Source: Eledone cirrhosa (Eukaryota). Taken from it: a stretch of DNA of 64,000 bases. The stretch is taken from the NCBI GenBank assembly GCA_964016885.1, contig OZ024764.1, positions 1,178,001 through 1,242,000 on the forward strand, given 5' to 3'. Made by a program: the position numbers and the translations under genes. How positions within the stretch are numbered: the first letter of the stretch is position 1; every line of letters starts with the position of its first letter. Below, piece after piece: positions 26,401 to 39,100 of the stretch. The notes under the pieces were generated by a model. It saw only the letters and a list, made by a program, of their open reading frames with translations. It was not told the origin of the DNA and did no database searches.

Positions 26401-29400
26401 TATGTACCTGGGTGTTTAGTACCCTAGGTGAGCACTACAATGTGTACCTGGGTATTTAGTACCCTAGGCTAGCTCTACAATGTGTACCAGTGTATTTAGT
26501 ACCCTAGGTTAGCTCTACAATGTATACCTGGGTATTTAGTACCCTAGGTTAGCTCTACAATGTGTACCTGGGTATTTAGTACCCGAGGATAGCTCTACAA
26601 TGTGTACCAGTGTATTTAGTACCCTAGGTTAGCTCTACAATGTATACCTGGGTATTTAGTACCCTAGGTTAGCTCTACAATGTGTACCTGGGTATTTAGT
26701 AGCCTAGGCTAGCTCTACAATGTGTACCAGGGTATTTAGTACCCTAGACTAGCTCTACAATGCGTACCTGGGTATTTAGTACCCTAGGCTAGCTCTGCAA
26801 TGTGTACCTGGGTATTTAGTACCCTAGGTTAGCTCTACAATGTGTACCTGGGTATTTAGTACCCTAGGTTAGCTCTACAATGTGTACCTGGGTATTTAGT
26901 ACCATAGGTTAGCTCTACAATGTATACCTGGGTATTTAGTACCCTAGGCTAGCTCTGCAATGTGTACCTGGGTATTTAGTACCCTAGGCTAGCTCTACAA
27001 TGTGTACCTGGGTATTTAGTACCCTAGACTAGCTCTACAATGTGTACCAGGGTATTTAGTACCCTAGATTAGCTCTACAATGTGTACCTGGGTATTTAGT
27101 ACCCTAGGATAGCTCTACAATGTGTACCTGGGTATTTAGTACCCTAGACTAGCTCTACAATGTGTACCTGGGTATTTAGTACCCTAGGTTAGCTCTACAA
27201 TGTATACCTGGGTATTTAGTACCATAGGTTAGCTCTACAATGTATACCTGGGTATTTAGTACCCTAGGCTAGCTCTGCAATGTGTACCTCGGTACTTAGT
27301 ACCCTAGGTTAGCTCTACAATGTGTACCTGGGGATTTAGTACCCTAGGCTAGCTCTACAAGGTGTACCTGGGTATTTAGTACACTAGGCTAGCTCTACAA
27401 TGTGTACCTGGGTATTTAGTACCCGAGGCTAGCTCCACAATATGTACCTGGGTATTTAGTACCCTAGGCTAGCTCCACAATGTGTACCTGGGTATTTAGT
27501 ACCCTAGGCTAGCTCTACAATGTGTACCTGGGTATTTAGTACCCTAGGCTAGCTCTACAGTGTGTACCAGTGTATTTAGTACCCTAGGCTAGCTCTACAA
27601 TGTGTACCTGGGTATTTAGTACCCTAGGTTAGCTCTACAATGTGTACCTGGGTATTTAGTACCCTAGGCTAGCTCTACAATGTGTACCAGTGTATTTAGT
27701 ACCCTAGGCTAGGTCTACTATGTGTACCAGTGTATTTAGTACCCTAGGCTAGCTCTACAATGTGTACCTGGGTATTTAGTACCCTAGGCTAGCTCTACAA
27801 TGTGTACCTGGGTATTTAGTACCCTAGTCTAGCTCCACAATATGTACCTGGGTATTTAGTACCCTAGGTGAGCACTACAATGTGTACCTAGGTATTTAGT
27901 ACACTAGGCTAGCTCTACAATGTGTACCAGTGTATTTAGTACCCTAGGCTAGCTCTACTATGTGTACCAGTGTATTTAGTATCCTAGGCTAGCTCTACAG
28001 TGTGTACCTGGGTATTTAGTACCCTAGGCTAGCTCTACAATGTGTACCTGGGTATTTAGTACCCTAGTCTAGCTCCACAATATGTACCTGGGTGTTTAGT
28101 ACCCTAGGTGAGCACTACAATGTGTACCTGGGTATTTAGTACCCTAGGCTAGCTCTACAATGTGTACCAGTGTATTTAGTACCCTAGGTTAGCTCTACAA
28201 TGTATAACTGGGTATTTAGTACCCTAGGTTAGCTCTACAATGTGTACCTGGGTATTTAGTACCCGAGGATAGCTCTACTATGTGTACCTGGGTATTTAGT
28301 ACCCTAGGCTAGCTCCACAATATGTACCTGGGTATTTAGTACCCTAGGCTAGCTCGACTATGTGTACCTGGGTATTTAGTACCCTAGGCTAGCGTCACAA
28401 TATGTACCTGGGTATTTAGTACCCTAGGCTAGCTCTACAATGTGTACCTGGGTATTTAGTACCCTAGGCTAGCTCTATGTGTACCTGGGTATTTAGTACC
28501 CTAGGCTAGCTCTACAATGTGTACCTGGGTATTTAGTACCCGAGGCTAGCTCCACAATAATTACCTGGGTATTTAGTACCCTAGGCTAGCTCCACAATAT
28601 GTACCAGTGTATTTAGTACCCTAGGCTAGCTCTAATATGTGTACCTGGGTATTTAGTACCCTAGGCTAGCTCCACAATATGTACCTGGGTATTTAGTACC
28701 CTAGGCTAGCTCTACAATGTGTACCTGGGTATTTAGTACCCTAGGCTAGCTCTACTATGTGTACCTGGGTATTTAGTACCCTAGGCTAGCTCTACAATGT
28801 GTACCTGGGTATTTAGTACCCGAGGCAAGCTCCACAATATGTACCTGGGTATTTAGTACCCTAGGCTAGCTCTACAATGTGTACCTGGGTATTTAGTACC
28901 CGAGGCTAGCTCCACAATATGTACCTGGGTATTTAGTACCCCAGGCTAGCTCCACAATATGTACCAGTGTATTTAGTACCCTAGGCTAGCTCTACTATGT
29001 GTACCTGGGTATTTAGTACCCTAGGCTAGCTCCACAATATGTACCTGGGTATTTAGTACCCTAGGTGAGCACTACAATGTGTACCTGGGTATTTAGTACC
29101 CTAGGTTAGCTCTACAATGTGTACCTGGGTATTTAGTACCCTAGGTTAGCTCTACAATGTGTACCTGGTTAATTAGTACCCTAGGTTAGCTCTACAATGT
29201 GTACATGGGTATTTAGTACCCTAGACTAGCTCTACAGTGTGTACCTGGGTATTTAGTACCCTAGGCTAGCTCTACAATGTGTACCTGGGTATTTAGTACC
29301 CGACGCTAGCTCTACTATGTGTACCTGGGTATTTAGTACCCTAGGCTAGCTCCACAATATGTACCTGGGTATTTAGTACCCTAGGCTAGGTCTACTATGT

Positions 29401-31933
29401 GTACCTGGGTATTTAGTACCCTAGGCTAGCTCCACAATATGTACCTGGGTATTTAGTACCCTAGGCTAGCTCTACAATGTATAACTGGGTATTTAGTACC
29501 CTAGGTTAGCTCTACAATGTGTACCTGGGTATTTAGTACCCGAGGATAGCTCTACTATGTGTACCTGGGTATTTAGTACCCTAGGCTAGCTCCACAATAT
29601 GTACCTGGGTATTTAGTACCCTAGGCTAGCTCTACAATGTGTACCAGTGTATTTAGTACCCTAGGCTAGCTCTACAATGTGTACCAGTGTATTTAGTACC
29701 CTAGGCTAGCTCTACTATGTGTACCAGTGTATTTAGTATCCTAGGCTAGCTCTACAGTGTGTACCTGGGTATTTAGTACCCTAGGCTAGCTCTACAATGT
29801 GTACCTGGGTATTTAGTACCCTAGTCTAGCTCCACAATATGTACCTGGGTGTTTAGTACCCTAGGTGAGCACTACAATGTGTACCTGGGTATTTAGTACC
29901 CTAGGCTAGCTCTACAATGTGTACCAGTGTATTTAGTACCCTAGGTTAGCTCTACAATGTATACCTGGGTATTTAGTACCCTAGGTTAGCTCTACAATGT
30001 GTACCTGGGTATTTAGTAACCGAGGATAGCTCTACTATGTGTACCTGGGTATTTAGTACCCTAGGCTAGCTCCACAATATGTACCTGGGTATTTAGTACC
30101 CTAGGCTAGCTCTACTATGTGTACCTGGGTATTTAGTACCCTAGACTAGCTCCACAATATGTACCTGGGTATTTAGTACCCTAGGCTAGCTCTACAATGT
30201 GTACCTGGGTATTTAGTACCCTAGGCTAGCTCTACTATGTGTACCTGGGTATTTAGTACCCTAGGCTAGCTCTACAATGTGTACCTGGGTATTTAGTACC
30301 CGAGGCTAGCTCCACGATATGTACCTGGGTATTTAGTACCCTAGGCTAGCTCTACAATGTGTACCTGGGTATTTAGTACCCTAGACTAGCTCTACAATGT
30401 GTACCAGGGTATTTGGTACCCTAGACTAGCTCTACAATGTGTACCTGGGTATTTAGTACCCTAGGCTAGCTCTACAATGTGTACCTGGTTAATTAGTACC
30501 CTAGGTTAGCTCTACAATGTGTACATGGGTATTTAGTACCCTAGACTAGCTCTACAGTGTGTACCTGGGTATTTAGTACCCTAGGCTAGCTCTACAATGT
30601 GTACCTGGGTATTTAGTACCCGAGGCTAGCTCTACTATGTGTACCTGGGTATTTAGTACCCTAGGCTAGCTCCACAATATGTACCTGGGTATTTAGTACC
30701 CTAGGCTAGCTCTACTATGTCTACCTGGGTATTTAGTACCCTAGGCTAGCTCCACAATATGTACTTGGGTATTTAGTACCCTAGGCTAGCTCTACAATGT
30801 GTACCTGGGTATTTAGTACCCTAGGCTAGCTCTACTATGTGTACCTGGGTATTTAGTACCCTAGGCTAGCTCTACAATGTGTACCTGGGTATTTAGTACC
30901 CGAGGCAAGCTCCACAATATGTACCTGGGTATTTAGTACCCTAGGCTAGCTCTACAATGTGTACCTGGGTATTTAGTACCAGAGGCTAGCTCCACAATAT
31001 GTACCTGGGTATTTAGTACCCTAGGCTAGCTCCACAATATGTACCAGTGTATTTAGTACCCTAGGCTAGCTCTAAAATGTGTACCTGGGTATTTAGTACC
31101 CTAGGCTAGCTCCACAATATGTACCTGGGTATTTAGTACCCTAAGTGAGCACTACAATGTGTACCTGGGTATTTAGTACCCTAGGTTAGCTCTACAATGT
31201 GTACATGGGTATTTAGTACCCTAGGTTAGCTCTACAATGTGTACATGGTTATTTAGTACCCTAGGTCAGCTCTACAGTGTGTACCCTGGGTATTTAGTAC
31301 CCTAGGTTACCTCTACAATGTGTACCTGGGTATTTAGTACCCTAGGCTAGCTCTACAATGTGTACCTGGGTATTTAGTACCCTAGGCTAGCTCTACAATG
31401 TGTACCTGGGTATTTAGTACCCTAGGTTAGCTCTACAATGTGTACCTGGGTATTTAGTACCCTAGGTTAGCTCTACAATGTGTACCTGGATATTTAGTAC
31501 ACTAGGCTAGCTCTACAACGTGTACCTGGGTATTTAGTACCCTACACTAGCTCTACAGTGTGTACCTGGGTATTTAGTACCCTAGGCTAGCTCTACAGTG
31601 TGTACCTGGGTATTTAGTACCCTAGGCTAGCTCTACAATGTATACCTGGGTATTTAGTACCCTAGTCTAGCTCTACAATGTGTACTTGGGTATTTAGTAC
31701 TCTAGGCCAGCTCTACAATGTGTACCTGGGTATTTAGTACCCTAGACTAGCTCTACAATGTGTACCTGGGTATTTAGTACCCTAGGCTAGTTCCACAATG
31801 TGTACCTGGGTATTTAGTACCCTAGGCTAGCCCTACAATGTGTACCTGGGTATTTAGTACCCTAGGTTAGCCCTACAATGTGTACCTGGGTATTTAGTAC
31901 CCTAGGCTAGCCCTACAATGTGTACCTGGGTAT
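20441..31933 (+). repeat. Main 40-bp minisatellite/satellite array (about 287 units) with kb-scale higher-order duplications
   Basis: Consensus caatgtgtacctgggtatttagtaccctaggctagctcta. Variant markers recur at about 2.44 kb and 3.317 kb spacing. Confidence 0.98.
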
Positions 31934-31935
31934 CA

Positions 31936-32195
31936 CAGCTCTGATACTACAGACATGTGGTTAGAATGTCTCAGGAAAGAATCTCTGTACAGATTTTACG
32001 GGTGAAACCAACGGGCAGGAGACTGAGGGGTAGACCCTGGGCAAGATGGCTGGATAACATCCATGGGCTGAGCAAGATGGTCTCATTTGGGAAGCCAGCT
32101 GCATCAGTTGGAGATGGCTGCTTCTGACAGGACCTGATGGAGGGAGTGTTTGACAACTCTGTCCCCCAGGACTCTGTCAGAAATAAGTGGGCGAA
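31936..32195 (+). mobile_element. Degenerate RTE-type LINE 3' fragment
   Basis: QL*YYRHVVRMSQERISVQILRVKPTGRRLRGRPWARWLDNIHG. Confidence 0.7.
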
Positions 32196-32214
32196 GGAAT
32201 GGAGTGTGTGTGTA

Positions 32215-32548
32215 CATCATCATCATTTTATGTCCACTTCTCCCTGCTTGCAAGGGTGGGACGGGAACTGATTCTGGCTTGATTTCTACAGCTGGATGCC
32301 CTTCCTAACACCAACCTCATTTACAGTGAGTGCTGAGTGCTTTTTTGCCGTGGCACCTCCACGACCACTTTGCAGTGGGATGATAGGGACCCCAGTCCCT
32401 ATCTTCTCATTTCTACAGCTGAGTAAACTGGAGCAATGTGAAATAAAGTGTCTTGCTCAAGGAAACAACACATCACCCGGTCTGAGAATTGAACTCACAA
32501 TCTTTCGATTGCAAGCCCAATGCTCTAACCACTAAGCCATGTGCCTCC
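32215..32548 (-). mobile_element. Full-length tRNA-SINE (short RTE tail); chimeric long-tail versions at 36142-36535, 40601-40995, 44527-44921, 48427-48821
   Basis: Same head and body as 16031-16373. Confidence 0.88.
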
Positions 32549-32661
32549 ATATATATGTGCCTGTATATATATATGCATGTATATATATATGCCTGTATAT
32601 ATATATGCCTGTATATATATGTGCCTGTATATATATATATGCCTGTATATATATGTGCCTG

Positions 32662-32729
<68 letters not shown>

Positions 32730-33378
32730 TGTATATATATGCCTGTATACATATATGCATGTATATATATATGCCTGTATATATATGTCTGTATATATAT
32801 ATGCCTGTATATATACATGCCTGTATATATATATGCCTGTATATATATATACAGGCATATATATATATATACCTGTATATATATATGCCTGTATATATAT
32901 ATGCCTGTATATATATATGCTTGTATATATATGTGCCTGTATATATATATGCCTGTATATATATATATATATATATATATATGCCTGTATATATATATGC
33001 CTGTATATATATATGCCTGTATATATATGTGCCTGTATATATATATACCTGTATATATATATGCCTGTATATATATATACAGGCATATATATATATATAC
33101 CTGTATATATATATGCCTGTATATATATATGCCTGTATATATATATGCTTGTATATATATGTGCCTGTATATATATATGCCTGTATATATATATATATAT
33201 ATATATACCTGTATATATATATGCCTGTATATATATATCCCTGTATATATATATGCCTGTATATATATATGCCTGTATATATATGTGCCTGTATATATAT
33301 ATATGCCTGTATATATATGTGCCTGTATATATATGTGCCTGTATATATATATATGCCTGTATATATATATATATATAG
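32549..33378. repeat. Compound (GCCTG(TA)n)n repeat; also about 36536-37130, 40996-41548, 44922-45474, 48822-49646
   Basis: Visible directly; it is the source of the Y/I-rich ORFs. Confidence 0.95.
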
Positions 33379-33624
33379 GTGAAAACACGGAAGAGTCAAT
33401 CGCAGAGCCTCGTTTTTAACTCTACATTATATATTTATATATATACACACACACAAAACAAACTTATATACACACTTATATATATATGTATATGAGAGTT
33501 TATATATATGTGTGACTGTTTTTGAAATCATGTGTTGGTTTTTGACATCCACACAGCCCAGACATTGTATAAGAAAGATGGGGATATAGATTCACACGTG
33601 TTAAACTTCATATAAATAAATATC

Positions 33625-33800
33625 ACGTAAAACATGAGCGGAGGTGGTGAGAGCAGACCTCAGATCTCTGAAACTCACCGAGGAGATGACGAAGGACCGT
33701 GACGAATGGAGAGATGCTGTGCTGAATAGGACCCATCCCACCCTTGCAAGCAGGGAAAAACGGACGTAAAATTATGATGATGATGATGATGATGATGATC
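33625..33800 (+). mobile_element. RTE LINE 3' end fragment, present in each duplication unit
   Basis: RKT*AEVVRADLRSLKLTEEMTKDRDEWRDAVL, then cccacccttgcaagcagggaaaaacggacgtaaaat(gat)n. Confidence 0.8.
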
Positions 33801-34018
33801 TAAGGTTAATTAAAGAAATATTCCCACACACTTTTGTTGTCCTTGTTGTTGTTGTTGTTGTTGTAACACTCACGTGTATGACATATTCAACTGTTGGCCC
33901 AACTCCAACGTGAACATCTCTCCACTGTATTTTAACTCTGGCAAGGAAGGGAAGTCTGTGTTTCCTGTTGTCTGGTTGTTATGGTGACAGAACTTGTGAG
34001 GTTGACTCATAGTCAGAC

Positions 34019-35676
34019 CCCTGGGTATTTGGTACCTTAGGTTAGTCACACAGTATGTACCTGGGTATTTGGTGTTCTAGGTTAGTCACACAGTATGTAC
34101 CTGGGTATTTAGTACCCTAGGCTAGTTCTACAATATATACCTGGGTATTTAACATACTAGGGTAGCCCTGCTGTTTTTGCCTGGGTATTTAGTGATCTAG
34201 ACTAGTTCTGCAATATACGACTGGGTATTTAGTACCCTAGGCTAGCTCTACAATATCTACCTGGGTATTTAGTACCCTAGCTTAGCTCTACAGTGTGTAC
34301 CTGGGTATTTAGTACCCTAGGTTAGCTCTACAATGTGTACCTGGGTATTTAGTACCCTAGGTTAGCTCTACAGTGTGTACCTGGGTATTTGGTACCCTAG
34401 GTTAGTCACACAGTATGTACCTGGGTATTTGGTACCCTAGGTTAGTCACACAGTATGTACCTGGGTATTTAGTACCCTAGGTTAGTCACACAGTATGTAC
34501 CTGGGTATTTAGTACCCTAGGTTAGTCACACAGTATGTACCTGGTATTTGGTACCCTAGGCTAGTCACACAGTATGTACCTGGGTATTTAGTACCCTAGG
34601 TTAGTCACACAGTATGTACCTGGGTAATTAGTACTCTAGGTTAGTCACACAGTATGTACCTGGGTATTTGGTACCCTAGGTTAGTCACACAGTATGTACC
34701 TGGGTATTTAGTACCCTAGGTTAGTCACACAGTATGTACCTGGGTATTTAGTACCCTAGGTTAGTCTCACAGTATGTACCTGGGTATTTAGTACCCTAGG
34801 CTAGTCACACAGTATGTACCTGGGTATTTAGTACCCTAGGCTAGTCACACAGTATGTACCTGGGTATTTAGTACCCTAGGCTAGTCACACAGTATGTACC
34901 TGGGTATTTAGTGTTCTTGGCTAGTTCTACAATATATACCTGGGTATTTAACATACTAGGGTAGCCCTGCTGCTTTTGCCTGGGTATTTAGTGATCTAGA
35001 TTAGTTCTACACTGTGTACCCTGGGTATTTAGTACCCTAGGCTAGCTCTACAGTGTGTACCCTGGGTATTTAGTACCCTAGGCTAGCTCTACAATGTGTA
35101 CCTGGGTATTTAGTACCCTAGGCTAGCTCTACAGTGTGTACCCTGGGTATTTAGTACCCTAGGCTAGCTCTACAGTGTGTACCTGGGTATTTAGTACCCT
35201 AGGCTAGCTCTACAGTGTGTACCCTGGGTATTTAGTACACTAGACTAGCTCTACAATGTGTACCCTGGGTATTTAGTACCCTAGGTTAGCTCTACAATGT
35301 GTACCTGGGTATTTAGTACCCTAGACTATCTCTACAATGTGTTGTACCTAGGTATTTAGTACCCGAGGTTAGCTCTACAGTGTGTACCTGGGTTTTTAGT
35401 ACCCTAGACTAGCTCTAAAATGTGTACCTGGGTATTTAGTACCCTAGGATAGCTCTACAATATGAACCTGGGTATTTAGTACCCTAGGCTAGCTCTACAA
35501 AGTGTACCCTTGGTATTTAGTACCCTAGGCTAGCTCTACAAAGTGTACCTGGGTATTTATTACCCCAGGTTAGCTCTAGAGTATGTACCTGCTTAGTTAA
35601 TACCTTAGGTTATCTCTACAATGTGTATGTACATATGTACTACTCTAGGGTAGCCTATGGTACTAAATACCCAGGG
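34019..35676 (+). repeat. 40-bp minisatellite block in duplication unit 1 (others 37771-40145, 42186-44039, 46112-47925, 50281-51652, 59316-59696)
   Basis: Same unit plus a gttagtcacacagtatgtac sub-variant. The first five blocks end in an inverted partial unit. Confidence 0.95.
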
Positions 35677-36110
35677 AGAAAGTTCAATGTTTCCAACAGA
35701 CTCATATCTGTTTGTGTACATACAGGTGTGTGGGTCTTTTTATAATCATGTTGGTTTCTAATATACACACAGCAAAACATTGTACACCAAGTAGGAAATA
35801 TATATATATATATGCACATACATAAAAAAATATATACACAAATATTTGTGTGAGTATATATATATATATATATATATTTCACAGTTGAAAATTGCAAACT
35901 TTACTGTCACCACAGAATATGAACCTGAAGATTGCGAAAGCATGAAAGTACTTGTTCAACTAACACTTAACATTTAATTTTCTACCATTCTATTTCATTA
36001 TAATACCATTATAAATTTTAAAGGATTGTAAATAAAACGTGTAAATCAGACAAGGTTGGAATTCCTCTTATTAATATAATCTTCTATACATAATCATACA
36101 CACCCGTGTA

Positions 36111-36141
<31 letters not shown>

Positions 36142-39100
36142 CATCATCATCATCATCACCGTTTTACATTCGTTCTTCCACGCTAGCATGGGTTAGACGG
36201 CTTGTCCTGTGTGGGCAGTGTCTGGTTGGCTGACCATGCCTTGCTCATACAGGAACTGATATGGCTTGATTTCTACAGCTGGATGCCCTTCCTAACACCA
36301 ACCTCATTTACAGTGAGTGCTGGGTGCTTTTTTGCCGTGGCACCTCCACGACCACTTTGCAGTGGAATGATAGGGACCCCAGTCCCTATCATCTCCTTTC
36401 TACAGATGAGTAAACTGGAGCAATGTGAAATAAAGTGTCTTGCTCAAGGAAACAACACATCACCCGGTCTGAGAATTGAACTCACAACCTTTCGATTGCA
36501 AGGCCAATGCTCTAACCACTAAGCCATGTGCCTCCATATATATGTGCCTGTATATATATATGCTTGTATATATACATACCTGTATATATATATATATATA
36601 TATGCCTGTATATATATGTGCCTGTATATATATATATGCCTGTATATATATATATGCCTGTATATATATATGTGCCTGTATATATATATGCCTGTATATA
36701 AATATATGCCTGTATATATATGTGCCTGTATATATATGTGCCTGTATATATATATGCCTGTATATATATATATGCCTGTATATATATGTGCCTGTATATA
36801 TATATGTATATATATATGCCTGTATATATATGCCTGTATATATATATGTGATTATATATATATGTGCCTGTATATATATATATATGCCTGTATATATATA
36901 TATGCCTGTATATATATATACATATGGCTGTATATATATGTGCCTGTATATATATGCCTGTATATATATGCCTGTATATATATATGTGCCTGTATATATA
37001 TATATATATGCCTGTATATATATGTGCCTGTATATATATGTGCTTGTATATATATATATGCCTGTATATATATGTGCCTGTATATATATGAGCCTGTATA
37101 TATATATATGCCTGTATATATATATATATAGGTGAAAACACGGAAGAGTCAATCGCAGAGCCTCATTTTAACTCTACATTATATATTTATATATATACAC
37201 ACACACAAAACATACTTATATACACACTTATATATATATGTATATGAGAGTTTATATATATGTGTGACTGTTTTTGAAATCATGTGTTGGTTTTTGACAT
37301 CCACACAGCCCAGACATTGTATAAGAAAGGTGGGGATATAGATTCACACGTGTTAAACTTCATATAAATAAATATCACGTAAAACATGGGCGGAGGTGGT
37401 GAGAGCAGACCTCAGATCTCTGAAACTCACCGAGGAGATGACGAAGGACCGTGACGAATGGAGAGATGCTGTGCTGAATAAGACCAGTCCCACCCTTGCA
37501 AGCAGGGAAAAACGGACGTAAAATTATGATGATAATGATGATGATGATCTAAGGTTAATTAAAGAAATATTCCCACACACTTTTGTTGTCATTGTTGTTG
37601 TTGTTGTTGTTGTTGTAACACTCACGTGTATGACATATTCAACTGTTGGCCCAACTCCAACGTGAACATCTCTCCACTGTATTGTAACTCTGGCAAGGAT
37701 GGGAAGTCTGTCTTTCCTGTTGTCTGGTTGTTATGGTGACAGAACTTGTGTGGTTGACTCATAGTCAGACCCCTGGGTATTTGGTACCCTAGGTTAGTCA
37801 CACAGTATGTACCTGGGTATTTGGTACCCTAGGTTAGTCACACAGTATGTACCTGGGTATTTAGTACCCTAGGTTAGTCACACAGTATGTACCTGGGTAT
37901 TTGGTACCCTAGGTTAGTCACACAGTATGTACCTGGGTATTTAGTACCCTAGGCTAGTCACACATTATGTACCTGGGTATTTGGTACGCTAGGTTATTCA
38001 CACAGTATGTACCTGGGTATTTGGTACCCTAGGTTAGTCACACAGTATGTACCTGGGTATTTAGTACCCTAGGCTAGTCACACATTATGTACCTGGGTAT
38101 TTGGTACCCTAGGTTAGTCACACAGTATGTACCTGGGTATATAGTACCCTAGGTTAGTCACACAGTATGTACCTCGGTATTTAGTACCCTAGGTTAGTCA
38201 CACGGTATGTATCTGGGTATTTAGTGTTCTTGGCTAGTTCTACAATATATACCTGGGTATTTAACATACTAGGATAGCCCTGCTGCTTTTGCCTGGGTAT
38301 TTAGTGATCTAGACTAGTTCTACACTGTGTACCCTGGGTATTTAGTACCCTAGGCTAGCTCTACAGTGTGTACCCTGGGTATTTAGTACCCTAGGCTAGC
38401 TCTACAATGTGTACCTGGGTATTTAGTACCCTAGACTAGCTCTACAATGTGTACCTGGGTATTTAGTACCCTAGGCTAGCTCTACAATGTGTACCTGGGT
38501 ATTTAGTACCCTAGGCTAGCTCTACAATGTCTACCTGGGTATTTAGTACCCTAGTCTAGCTCTACAATGTGTACCTGGTTATTTAGTACCCTAGACTAGC
38601 TCTACAATGTATACCTGGGTATTTAGTACCCTAGGCTAGCTCTACAATGTGTACCTGGGTATTTAGTACTCTAGGCTAACTCTACAATGTGTACCTGGGT
38701 ATTTAGTACCCTAGGCTACCTCTACAATATGTACCTGGGTATTTAGTACCCTAGGCTAGCTCTACAATGTGTACCTGGGTATTTAGTACCCTAGGCTAGC
38801 TCTACAATGTGTACTTGGGTATTTAGTACCCTAGGCTAGCTCTACAATGTGTACCTGGGTATTTAGTACCCTAGGTTAGCTCTACAATGTGTACTTGGGT
38901 ATTTAGTACCCTAGGCTAGCTCTACAATGTGTACCTGGGTATTTAGTACCGAGGTTAGCTCTACAATGTGTACCTGGGTATTTAGTACCCTAGGCTACCT
39001 CTACAATGTGTACCTGGGTATTTAGTATCCTAGACTAGCTCAACAATGTGTACCTGGGTATTTAGTACCCTAGGCTAGCTCTACAATGTGTACCTGGGTA

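Noticed and set aside
20441-31933. 40-bp repeats with an internal hairpin as a CRISPR array
   Set aside because: Units are head-to-tail with no unique spacers, there are no cas genes, and the context is eukaryotic.
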